A stretch of 64,000 nt of DNA from Octopus sinensis (Eukaryota), in assembly GCF_006345805.1 (NCBI RefSeq), contig NC_042997.1, forward strand, positions 141,298,001-141,362,000, given 5' to 3'. This document shows positions 40,679 through 52,500 of the stretch, in pieces (the stretch's first letter is position 1; each line of letters starts with the position of its first letter). Both the position numbers and the translations under genes were made by a program. The notes beneath the pieces are model-generated. The model made no database searches and had not been told where the DNA came from. It saw only the letters and a program-made list of their open reading frames with translations.

Positions 40679-41926
40679 CGAGGGGCGTTCAATAAGTACT
40701 GCCCCTGACCTACATGCAGTTGTTTGATCTAGCTGAAATTTTGCATGTGCACTTATTTATACCTCTATAGATTAAGTGGCGAATTACAGCTCTGAACTAA
40801 TTGAGGTTTCTGATTAACAGGTGTTTGAACTGAGTCAAGTGTGAAATGGAGCCTGTTGAGTGTCGAGCAGTGATCTGGTTTTTGTATTTGAAAGGACGCA
40901 CACCACGGGAGACTTTTGATGAAATGAAAGTAACTTATGGTGATGATGCCCCATCATATGACCTTGTAAAACGCTGGCATTGTGAATTCAAACATAGTCG
41001 GAACTCTGTGGAAACAGCTCCCAGATCTGGTCGTCCCCTTCTGCCGTTGATGAGACGTCTGTCCGTCAAGTTGAGGCTGCCATTTTGGAAGGTCAACGCA
41101 TAACTATTCGCCAAATAGCCCATAAGGTCAAGATTAGTACTGGGTCTGTGGAAACTATCATTCATGACCATTTGCATATGCAAAAGGTGTCTGCCAGATG
41201 GATTTCCAGGTTGCTCACACCTTTCCAGAAGCAAGAACGCGTTGAGTGCTCGAGGATGAATTTGGAGATGTGCCAAGAAGATGAGTCAAAATTTTTCAAA
41301 AGACTGATCACACAGGATAAAACCTGGGTCCATCACTATGATCCATAGACCAAAGCCCAGTCAATGCAGTGGAAGCACCGTGACTCACCTCCTCCAAAGA
41401 AGGCAAGGGTGCAGCCCTCCGCTGAATAGGTTATGCTCACAGTCTTCTGGGACCAGGACGGAGTAGTGATGACAGATTTCCTGGCAAAGGGTACCACAAT
41501 TACAGGAGCCTATTATGCTTCACTTTTGAGGAAATTAAGAGAAGCTATCAAAATCAAGAGGCGGGGCAAGATCAGCAAAGGCATCCTCCTCCTGCAGGAC
41601 AACGCTCCGGTCCACAACTCTGATTGTGCAGCTATGAACTCCTCCCCTTGCACCCTCTGATTTTCACCTCTTCCCAGCCATGAAGTTGATTTTGAAAGGA
41701 AAGCGTTTCCCAGATGATGCAGCCTTGATTTCTGAAGTCACGTCGTGGTTGGAGGACCAAGCTGGGGTCTTCTACAAAAACGGTCTCCAGAGCTGTATCA
41801 AACGATGGGAGAAATGCATAACTCTGGGTAGTTCCTATGTAGGAAAAGACTAATAACTGTGCCAAGTGTCGTTGCTCTACTGCTATGGGAAGTGGGTTAG
41901 GGGCATTACTTATTGAACGCCCCTCG
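40679..41926 (+). mobile_element. Mariner (DD34D, irritans-like) transposon, 1248 bp, TA TSD
   Basis: TIR CGAGGGGCGTTCAATAAGTA at both ends; TA at 40677-78 and 41927-28. Confidence 0.95.
40846..41853 (+). pseudogene. Mariner transposase pseudogene
   Basis: MEPVECRAVIWFLYLKG..RSGRP, WISRLLT (WVPRLL), TQDKTWVHHYDP, LLQDNAPVH, APSDFHLF; frameshifts, stops, and a deletion across the YSPDL motif. Confidence 0.92.
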
Positions 41927-42806
41927 TAAGTTGGGTACTTCTTGATCACAACTTTTTATTAAACGCTTGAAGAATTCTTACATTTTTCAAAGAATAAACG
42001 ATTCTGAATGTATCCACTACAACAGTCAGCCATTCATATTCATATTTGCAAGTACCTAATCAAAAATCTCTACACATAGATTTTAAAAAAAATTTTGAAT
42101 CACCAATATTTTATTTAGTTTGTCAATATAATCGTCCGTATAATGCTGGTAAGTCATGTTAAACCCAAGGAAGTATATAATAGACTTTAAAACAAAAGAA
42201 TAAACTAAAACAAAACAAAACCAAAAACTAGATATAAGAAAGGAAAGGAAGGAAAATTAGATACAAAATATTTAGATGGTTCTTTTGTCAAATCTTTTTG
42301 TAACATTCTTGAAACTTGAAAGATCATATCTGTGGCTGATTGATAATTGAAAATAAACATCACTTCAAAATTTTCTTGCTCAGAATGGGCGATTTTGCAT
42401 TTAAACAAGTAATTATATCTTCAGTATAATAGTTTTAATATTTTCTCTCTCTGTCCGGTTAATGGTTTTTGCCTTCGAACTAATAATCGTAATTTTATAT
42501 GATATCTGACGTTCTAGTTATTTCATATCTTTTAAAACTCGTAGTTAATATATTTCATAATTCAATGTTATTACTACAATTATGATGGCGTCTCTTATTT
42601 CAAGTTTCATTTCATAGTCATCATACTTTATTGTCTAGGTAGCATTTACTATCAGCTGTTTATGCACTCGCACATAAGAACATACACATACGTATACGGA
42701 CATACTCGGGCTAAATTTTCAGTGATCTTTGCTAGAAGCAATACATAAAAATTCGTTTTGTTACGTGTACAAAATATTTACTCAAATTGTAGATAGACAG
42801 AGAGAA

Positions 42807-42842
<36 letters not shown>

Positions 42843-43015
42843 TCTGTCAAGTCATATATATATATCACCTGACACGTCTTCACTACTTTATCACTGAAAT
42901 TACATCAAATAGGGCAGACTATACTTTTCAGCTCCGCCCTTTGTGTCACATTATCAGTACAAGTTCGTAAATCACAGAAGGCTAGACAACGGAAGCATAT
43001 AACATTAATCTATAC

Positions 43016-43067
<52 letters not shown>

Positions 43068-43236
43068 TATATATATGTATATATATGTACATACATACAT
43101 ACATACACACATACATATATTTGTATATATATATATGTATATATATATACAAATATATAAATATATATATACGCATAAATACATATATATATGTATATAC
43201 ATATACATATATATACTTACATACATACACCCGCGC

Positions 43237-44403
43237 GCGGTGCGTAGGCTATTTGAGAACATGACATTTTTTAGTTATCATTTTTAAATTAAGTTTTTGA
43301 TTTATGTTTCAGACATAATAACGCCAGACACTCAGCTTACTCAAGAAATGAAGAGGCATGCTGTAATTGTGATTTTAAATGTAGGGCACAGCGATTTTTG
43401 ATAGCTCAGATTTTTTATAAGACATCAAATGTTTTGTCTACAATATTCGCAAGAAAGGTATCACCGCAAAATGTATTCTCAACGCTCCGATACCATCAAA
43501 AATCCCAAATATATTCAACAAGTTCGCAAATTGTTGGTGGAAATCTCAGAAAACCCATGATGTCAGTTGCAAAAGATCTCCATGTGTCAGAAGAGACAAT
43601 CAGAAATGCTACCCATGAAGTCATCCAGTACAAGTCTACGTGATGCGGAAAGGTCAGTTCATGTCAGAAAAAAAAAACAAAAGGAAAATGGTTTGGTCAG
43701 TTCTAAAAGGCTATTAAACATTATTAAAAACCCCAGAAAATGACAACATTTAGATTTTCTTAAATGATTAAAACTTTGACCAGCCCCAGGAGATTAAAAA
43801 GAAAAAAATACAGATGGTTATGTCCAGACGATTCTAATGTTCTCTAAGGCATGCACACAAAATTTTCTGCAGTTGTCATAGCTTTTGGAGCTAACACTGC
43901 TGGCTACATTAAGATCATAAAAAGAGTTGTCAGGCCCTGAATAGATAGAGTACGCAATGGAAAGCCAGATGTGTTTCATCAGGACTCTGCATCATCACAT
44001 AAGGCCCAAGCAACACAATAATGAATGGTTGACAATTTTCATAACAAGATAACCCCTAGCATTTCGCTGCCAAGCTCACCAAATCCCAATCCATTGTACT
44101 ACTATGTGTGGAGCGTTGTTGAGAGAGAAGTCAATCAACAACCACATAATACCAAGAATTCTTCGAAAGCCGCCATAGTCACAGAAATGTCTGATATTAA
44201 CCAGAACCATTCAGGCTTGCAGGCGATTCAGATCTCGGTGTTCATGCTCAAGGTGGCTACATTGAACACGATTATATAGGAGATAATCTAGCTTGTATGT
44301 GCAATTTTTTAATTAATAAAATTGTTTCCTCTTATTATATGTATGTTTCTTCTAGAAAAAAATAGTAAGTTCACAAATTTGTTCTCAAATGCCTTACGCC
44401 CTG
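43237..44403 (+). mobile_element. Tc1/mariner (maT/DD37D-like) decayed transposon
   Basis: TIR-like GCGTAGGCTATTTGAGAAC / GTTCTCAAATGCCTTACGC; relics MKRHAVIV, AKDLHVSEETIRN, VFHQDSA, SPNPNPLYYYVWSVVERE. Confidence 0.85.
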
Positions 44404-45195
44404 TGTATATCTATAATATATAAATTCCGTTGTGTGTGTGTGTGTTTATGTGTATAAAAGTTTATAACGGCCGTATTTTTCAACTGATCGTGCTGATATT
44501 TTACACATAGGTAAAAAAGCGCAAAAGTGGGTGCATCAGTTAAATTTCATAACATCATCGTTAGTTTCAAAGTGAGATTTGCCTCTTTTAAATCAAAATC
44601 TGAATGGAAAATCCGATTTCAATAAAGCTTATTGGTTATCATTCTGCAAATCACGTACGAACAGCCACTGTGTTCGTCCAATCAGCATCAGAGCATTGAT
44701 TACATTAAGCTTTCTAAGCAATATCATGAAAGAATATATGTGATAAAGGGACTTCAAAGGTTTGACACCGACTTGTAAATGTGTCAAGCTATTTACTCCA
44801 CACGATAGGTGGTGTTAATCTTCCAACAAATGCCGGTTGTTAAAGTCAAGTAATTTTAAAATTTCAATGCACAACTTCCCGGATGCCTCAGATAATTTCA
44901 TATTGCAATTAAATGTTTCTTACAGATTGCCTTCATGTCCATAATAAATGTCGTGTATGCTTTTTGTACCGATTCTTCAGCCATCCACTTAATTAAACGG
45001 CATTCCAAACAATAATTTTCGATATTTTCACATTCCAATACCCGATATCTGCACATAAAACATGTTCCTTTTTTAATACCAGCTTACTTTTGATTTAACG
45101 TCTCGACTACGTCAAATAATCCTCAATTTTAAGCATAGGCAGAAGGGAATTACACTATTTTAGGCTTCAGTCCTATCATGAACTTACACCGTCCA

Positions 45196-45226
<31 letters not shown>

Positions 45227-45853
45227 TGTATGTATGTATGTATGTATGTATGCACGTATGTTAAAACTTTCAGGATTAAATCAAAGAGAACGGAAAATAT
45301 GACACACCTGTAGATATACCAACTCCTATTCAGTTATCGGCCAGAGGGTCAAGCGCAATTTCGGCAATTATCGATAATATTGCTTCCAAACTTGCCGGGA
45401 ATGGTACTAAAACAAAACAAAACAAAACAATAAACAGAATGAAGGCCTAGGGCCACACGAAGACAACAATTAAAATGATAATAATACATATAGAGCAAAA
45501 AAAGTTTTAGGGCTGCAGGACATGACAAATATGGGTAACACGAAGGAGAAATAAGAAAAACTGTTCTAAAAGACTATACACAGGAAGGGTAGAGCAAGGA
45601 ACTCAGAAAATTATGACCATTGACCAGTCTAGTCGAAGGTAACGCAAAAAAGAATGACACCGCTATATATATATATATATATACATATATAGGTGAGAAA
45701 GTTGGTGTGTGAAAGCACGTGGTTGAATATATAGAAAATAGTAAAAAGTGAAAAAACTACAGAAGGCTTGTTTTAAAAGGTTAAAATATATATTTGAGTA
45801 ATTATGTCAGAAGAATGTTATAAATTTTTTTTCCTACAGTGACATAGTTTTTG

Positions 45854-45892
45854 AAGAAATTACCGGTTTCGTGTTAACTTTTCAAATTTCTC
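45854..45892 (-). ncRNA. Minimal type-I hammerhead, U3-A8 core variant
   Basis: GAGAAAT-TTGAAAA-GT(TAAC)AC-GAAA-CCGG-TA-ATTTCTT; 7-bp stem I, palindromic ACCGGT stem III, GUA cleavage triplet. Confidence 0.6.
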
Positions 45893-45907
45893 AAAACACA
45901 ATGTTTT

Positions 45908-45946
45908 GAGAAATTTGAAAAGTTGACACAAAACCGGTAATTTCTT
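45908..45946 (+). ncRNA. Mirror hammerhead copy with G12A (probably inactive)
   Basis: GAGAAAT-TTGAAAA-GT(TGAC)AC-AAAA-CCGG-TA-ATTTCTT. Confidence 0.5.
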
Positions 45947-46095
45947 CAAAAACTATATCACTGTATGAAAAAAAATTTATAACATTCTTCTGACATAATG
46001 ACTCAAATATATTTTTTAACCTTTTAAAACAAGCCTTCAGTAGTTTTTTCACTTTTTACTATTTTATATATATATATATATATTATATATATATA

Positions 46096-46135
<40 letters not shown>

Positions 46136-46239
46136 TGTGTGTGTGTGTGGTGTGTGTGTGTTTGTGTGTGTGTGTGTTTGTGTGTAAATGTACACATATA
46201 TGTATATATGTACATGCAGATGCACATATGCGCGCGAAA

Positions 46240-46500
46240 TAGTGGTTATGTGGTCAGAGTGTTGCTCTCATGATCTGCTCATCGTGGGTTCGATTCCCAG
46301 ACCGAGAGACGCGCTGTGTTCTTGAACAAAGCACTTCATTTCACGTTGCTTCAGTCGATTCAGTTGTAAATGGGAAACCCAGCTATCCGATCAGGTGGAG
46401 AATGTTGACCTACTCGGCTAACCAACGGCGTCATCTTTCGAAAGCTAAACCGATGCAATGCGCATTGTGACCATCGATGTATAATAAAATCTGATAATCT
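46240..46500 (+). mobile_element. CORE-type tRNA-SINE with distinct tail
   Basis: GTGGTTATGTGGTCAGAG..GGGTTCGATTCCC..GTGTTCTTGAACAAAGCACTT. Confidence 0.7.
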
Positions 46501-46534
46501 GGTGGATCACGTGGTGATGTGACATCCTATGCAC

Positions 46535-46628
46535 CTATGTGTATAGATAGATACACATACATACATAGAGATAGACAGAAATATAGACAGACAGACAGAT
46601 AGTCAGACAGACAGACAGACATACAGGC

Positions 46629-46667
<39 letters not shown>

Positions 46668-46682
46668 TAGATAAATAGATAA

Positions 46683-46750
<68 letters not shown>
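46535..46750 (+). repeat. (GACA)n(GATA)n microsatellite
   Basis: Direct reading. Confidence 0.96.
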
Positions 46751-46752
<2 letters not shown>

Positions 46753-47135
46753 TCATATCTTCAATCATATCGTGAAAATTTATGTTTTCTCAACCATTTG
46801 AAATGTAATATGATATATATTTTATATAAGAAATTCTATAGACGCAGACGTTTGTGAGATCATCTTTGAAATCTATATTCTTTGTTGTACACTTATTGCT
46901 TTCTCCTACCGTCAGGAATGTCATGAATTATTTTATTCTTTATGCCACTCAGTAAATGATTTTAAGTATGGATTAAAACGACGTTCTATATATTGTAAGC
47001 TATGGTTTCGAGTTCTTTTCAGAAACATATCGATATGTACAGCCCGAAGCAGAATAGTAACAGACACGCACCATGCAGTGTAAATACACAGACACACATA
47101 CAAACACAAACATATATATATAAAGCGAATAAGTA

Positions 47136-47214
<79 letters not shown>

Positions 47215-47237
47215 CATATATATACATATATATATAT

Positions 47238-48306
47238 ACAATAATATTAAGGAATGGCCTTAATAGGCCACTCAACTCACTAAAACGAGCGGCCAAACTC
47301 AAACCGCTAAATAGTAGTAATTCAGAAATCAAAGGAAAATTAAAAACATTTATCCTTATCATCTTTGGATTTAAATTTTATCAAGTCAATTTACCACTGG
47401 CCCGTCTCATCGGCAAAGAAGCCAGGGGAATATATATTCCACGAGGCAACAGCATCGATGCCTTGGGAATATATACTCTAAATTTTCAAAATCTACCGTC
47501 ATCGCGCCAACTTATCAGCAGCAAATATAAACTGCTGATTTAATTTCAGAATTAGCCAAAAAATCATTAATTAATCAATATCAGGTTAGCAAAAAATTCA
47601 ATAGAAATTTTTTCGCCACCAGCGGTCTAGTAAGAAACAAAAAATAGTCAACAGACTATATAATGTACATTCAACAATAATATTAAGGAATGGCCTTAAT
47701 AGGCCATTCAACTCACTAAAACGAGCAGCCAAACTCAAACCGCTAAATAGTAGTAATTCAGAAATCAAAGGAAAATTAAAAACATTTACCCTGAATTTTT
47801 TGCTACCCTGATATTGATTAATTAAGGATTTTTTGGCTAATTCTGAAATTAAATCAGCAGTTTATATTTGTTGCTGATAAGTTGGCGCGATGACGGTAGA
47901 TTTTGAAAATTTAGAGTATATATTCCCAAGGCATCGATGCTGTTGCCTCGTGGAATGTATATTCCCCTGGCTTCTTTACCGATGAGACGGGCCAATGGTA
48001 AATTGACTTGATTAAATTAAATTTAATTTAATTAGGCTGGTTTGCAAAAAAGTACGTCAAAACTATGCATAGTCCAAAGATGATAAGGGTAAATGTTTTT
48101 AATTTTCCTTTGATTTTTGAATTACTACTATTTAGCGGTTTGAGTTTGGCCGCTCGCTTTAGTGAGTTGAATGGCCTATTAAGGCCATTCCTTAATATTA
48201 TTGTTGAATGTAGATTATATAGTCTGTTGACTATTTTTTCTTTCTCACTAGACCGCTGGTGGCGAAAAAATTTCTATTGAATTTTTGCTACCCTGATATT
48301 GATTAA
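47238..48306. repeat. Unclassified 436/486-bp unit in tandem and inverted, permuted arrangement
   Basis: Plus segment 47238-47792 (period 436) and minus segment 47793-48306 (period 486). Confidence 0.9.
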
Positions 48307-48309
48307 AAA

Positions 48310-48347
<38 letters not shown>

Positions 48348-48610
48348 ACATACATATACATACATATATACATATATACATATATAATGTACTGTTCCGT
48401 GATAGAAATTCAACCAAAAAAGTACTCCATCTGGTGAGACATAAATATTATTTATTTAAAGGGTACAAAACATGTCTTTAAGTGCTACTAATAGAGTCAT
48501 ATGTTGAGAAATATTGAAACATATTATTCAGGCACTGAGAACATAAGATAACGAACTAAAATCATTGAATAATAGAAGAAACGCGAAAAGAACTGAGTGG
48601 GCAGCATTTA

Positions 48611-48975
48611 CCGTGTGATTCAAAAGTCGCCATACATAGGAACAATTTATCTTTTTATAAGAAACATTATATAAGAACAGTTTATTTTATTTAACAGGCT
48701 GTATATAGTTACCATTATTTTGAATATACATTGCAACATGTTTACCCCACTCATTGTGAACTCGTAATTGCACATCTGGTGATACGGGTGCAAATGAGTT
48801 GGTGATGCGTTCCTTCAAATGATTTATGTCTTTTATCATTCCGCAATACACCATGCTTTTCAAATGTCCCCAAGACAGAAATCAAGAGGGGGCAGATCAG
48901 GGGATCTATAAACTGTTTCTTAATAAAAAGAAAATAATTTTTTACTATATTTATGGAGACTTTTGAATCACCCTG
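48611..48975 (-). mobile_element. 365-bp Tc1/mariner deletion derivative (MITE-like)
   Basis: TIRs CCGTGTGATTCAAAAGTCGCCATA / TATGGAGACTTTTGAATCACCCTG with TA flanks; internal transposase C-terminal relic DINHLKERITN. Confidence 0.85.
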
Positions 48976-49530
48976 TAGAAAATGTAGTAAATAACAAAAA
49001 ACGGAAAACGTAAACCGGGAAACGGAAACACAGGAATTTAAATTGAAAAAGTAAAAAGGTAGAAGGGCTATCCTCCTTAGACCTTACATTATAAAGCTGG
49101 AAATATATCAACAAGTCAGTCAGGAATAGGTGGAATGTTCCAATTCTTCAAAATATATTTATACATATGCTTGCAACTATTGAAAATTTCTGACCTACAG
49201 TTCATGTTAGTGCTACAAGGCCATAGCCCTGCTGGGGCACTGCCTCAAAGAACATTTTAGTCGAACGAATCGACTCCAGCACTTATTGCTTTTAAAGGCT
49301 GATAGTTACTTTATCTCTCTCTTGCTTAACCGCTAGCTTACAGAGACGGAAACACATGACACAGGTCGGCAATCAGTGGTAGGGAACAAACACAGACACA
49401 AAATCACACGCGTGCACACAATCACACACACGCACACACATACATACATACATACATACATACATACATACATACATACATACATACATACATACATGCA
49501 TGCATAATACATGCATACATACATAATAAT

Positions 49531-52500
49531 GTTCGTCCTTCGGGTTCGAAGATGACCATTGACATCATTTGGTGGAATTGCTGCTATGAGACCAGAGGTG
49601 GCTGGTGAGGCCAATCCGGGCAAGAAAGCCCCTCCCACAGGTGGGGCAGAAGTGGGTAGGGGCTGTGCTATAGGTGCAGGTGGCTCTGGCCTTCCGCATC
49701 TGGCGTTTCTGTTCTGCTGACTGAATCCGTCTCTCCTCGGCTGTCTTTGCTCCTGTGGTGATTGCGCTGCGCCAGGATGAGCGGTCGGCAGCAAGTGTCT
49801 CCCAAGTCTCTGTGCCGATGGAGAAGTCTTTGAGATAGACTTTAAGACTGTCCATGAAGCGCTTCTTCTGCCCTCCGACTTTGCGTTTGCCCTGGCTGAG
49901 TTCACCCTAGAAGAGCTGTTTTGGGATGCGAGTGTCGGACATGCGGGAGACGTGGCCTGCCCATCTCAGCTGGGCCTTGCGCATGATCATGATGGTGCTA
50001 GGTAGATCTGCCTGCTTCAGAACTTCCGTGTCTGGGACTTTGTCCTGCCAGCGGATGTGAAGGAGGTTCCGAAGACACCTGAGGTGGAAGTGGTTTATCT
50101 GGCGCTCGTGCCTTTGGTAAGCAGTCCACGTCTCGCAGCCGTATAGTAGGGTGGTAAGCACGACTGCCCGGTAGACATTCAGCTTGGGGTTGAGGCTGAT
50201 TCCTCACCGCTCACAGACTTTCTTTCGCAGTCTCCCAAACGCGCTGCTTGCCTTGAGGATTCTGTTGATGATTTCAGCACCTATGTTGGCATTGCAGGAG
50301 AGAGTGCTGCCCAGGTAGACGAAGTTTTCCACCGCTCGTAGGATCCGTCCGTTCACCTTTATCTGAGGCTCATGGTATTGTTTGCCGGGGGCTGGCTGAA
50401 ACATCACTTCGGTTTTCTTGGCACTGATGGCGCGACCGAAGTTGTCACAGGCTGATGAGAACCTGTCCATCCCGAGCTGCATCTCCTGCTCATCGATTGC
50501 GTTAAGGGCGCAGTCGTCAGCAAAGAGAAAGTCTCTGACGACTGTCTCCCTCACCTTTGTGACGGCCTGCAATCTTCTGGAGTTGAAAAATTTCCCGTCC
50601 GTCCTGTACTTGATGTTGATACCGGACTTGCAGTCCCTGAAGGCGTCGGACAGCATTGCCGAGAACATGATGCTGAACAGTGTTGGGGCCAGGACACAGC
50701 CCTGCCTGACTCCGTTGGTCACCTGGAAGACTTCAGATGAGATGCCGTCTTCAAGGACTCTGGCTGTCATTCCGTCGTGGAACTGGCGGACAATTGCAAT
50801 AAATTTGCTGGGGCAACCAAATTTTTCCATGACCTTCTAGAGTCCCTCCTGACTGACTGTATCGAAAGCCCTGATGAGGTCAACAAAGGTCATGCAGAGG
50901 TCAAGGTGCTGCTCCATGCATTTCTCCTGGAGCTGGCGGGCGGCGAATATCATGTCAGTGGTCCCTCGACCCGCGTGGAAGCCACACTGGCTCTCAGGGA
51001 GAAGGCCTTGCTCCAAGTGTTCCAGAAGGCGGTCAAGCAGGACTCGGGCCAGGATCTTGCCTGCTATGGACAAGAGCGAGATTCCTCGGTGGTTGTCGCA
51101 GGACTGCCGATCTCCTTTCCGCTTATAAATGTGGATGATTGTTGCGTCCCGAAAATCTTGAGGGTGTTGTTCCCTGTCCCACATCGACTGGAACAGGCTG
51201 GTAAGCTGACTGATCATGGTGGGGCCGCCCGACTTGAACACCTCTGCAGGGATGGCGTCAGAGCCTGGAGCTTTGCCGGTGGACATTTTTTTTATGGCTC
51301 TGCCCACTTCCTCGACTGCAGGGGGAACAGCCAGCTCCTGGTTTGTCGGCACCTGGGGGAGTCGTGCGATGGCTTCCTCGTTGATCTGGGCTGGTCGGTT
51401 GAGCACGATGTTGAAATGCTCCGCCCATCTCTCCAAGATCAGCCTCTTGTTAGTCAGGAGTGAGGTTCCATCCGAGCTGAGCAGGGGGGTTGATCCAAAG
51501 GAGGACTGCGGTCCATAGACAGCTTTCAGCGCCTCGTAGAATTTCTTGGTGTCGTGTTTGTCTGCGTATCCCTGAATCTCATCCGCCTTGGCGCTTAACC
51601 ATGCGTCTTGCATGCGTCTTGCATGGACTGTGCTGCGAATGTTGTTGAAAGCAGCCTTCTTTGCCGTGTAGGTGGTGTCATTTTGGTGGGCCCGCAGCAG
51701 ACGGCGTTTCTCTTCCAGGAGCTTTTGGATTTCCTGGTCGTTTTCGTCGAATCAGTCCTGGTGGTTCCTCGTAACTTGGCCTAGAGTTTCAAGGACGATG
51801 GAATGATCCGTGTCCCTGAATGATTCCCACTGCTCATCGATGCTGGACTGGTCATTCCGAATGTCTAACAGCTTGCTGTCCATACGTGACTGGAGATCTT
51901 GTGCAGTCAGCTGGTTCATTAATTTCGTGATGTTAAGCTTCCTCGTCACTTTCTGACCCTGTGGTCTTCTCTTACGTTGGATGTAGAAATCCATCCTGGA
52001 GATGATGAGGCGATGGTCCGTCCAGCAATCAGCTCCACGCATGGCTTTGACCAGTCTCACGTCCCGCTTGTCTTTCGCCCTGACGATGACGTAATATATC
52101 AGGTGCCAGTGTTTGGAGCGTGGATGTATCCATGATGTCTTGTTGCGTGTTGGCAGACGGAACAAGGTGTTGGCGATGGTAAGATCATGAGAGGCGCACG
52201 CCCGCAGGAGGAGCTGCCCGTTGTTGTTGCACTTTCCGATTCCTTGCTTTCCCAGTACGCGATGCTAGGCTAGGTGGTCAGTCCCGACACGGGCGTTAAT
52301 GTCCCCAAGGAAGATGAGCTTCCCAGGCTGGGCTGACGTGATGAGGGAGTCGAGTTCCTCATAGAACCTGTCCTTAACTTCTTCAGGTTTGGTCATGGTG
52401 GGGGCGTAAGCGCTGATGATGGTCGCACTAGTCTTGTTTCCAAGTGGGAGCAGCATCTTCATCAGCCGATCGTTGATACCCTCGGGGGAGCTTTCCAGTT

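Larger units (their letters stand above)
39807..41950 (+). mobile_element. Older internally deleted mariner whose right TIR is split by a second mariner
   Basis: Left TIR CGTTCGAAAAATATCCGACTTATTTTTTCCCGCCAAAACTAATGC; ORF relic EIAHEVGISAESVHSVLTEDL..DPDFMKTIIKGDET; right TIR halves at 40653-40678 and about 41927-41950. Confidence 0.75.
45735..46065. repeat. 331-bp near-perfect palindrome (centre 45900) of a probable Penelope pLTR fragment
   Basis: Arms of about 164 bp, 3-nt loop CAA, few mismatches. Confidence 0.95.

Noticed and set aside
42205-42408. 67-aa minus ORF MFKCKIAHSEQ...
   Set aside because: No splice signals or recognisable motif; it ends in low-complexity sequence.
46995-47035. 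Minus-strand CTGAAAA..GAAA motif
   Set aside because: C3 with A8 breaks the core pair and stems I/III do not form.
47241-47543. 100-codon stop-free frame in the 436-bp unit
   Set aside because: There is no ATG, and the frame is broken in the inverted copy by the extra ~50 bp.
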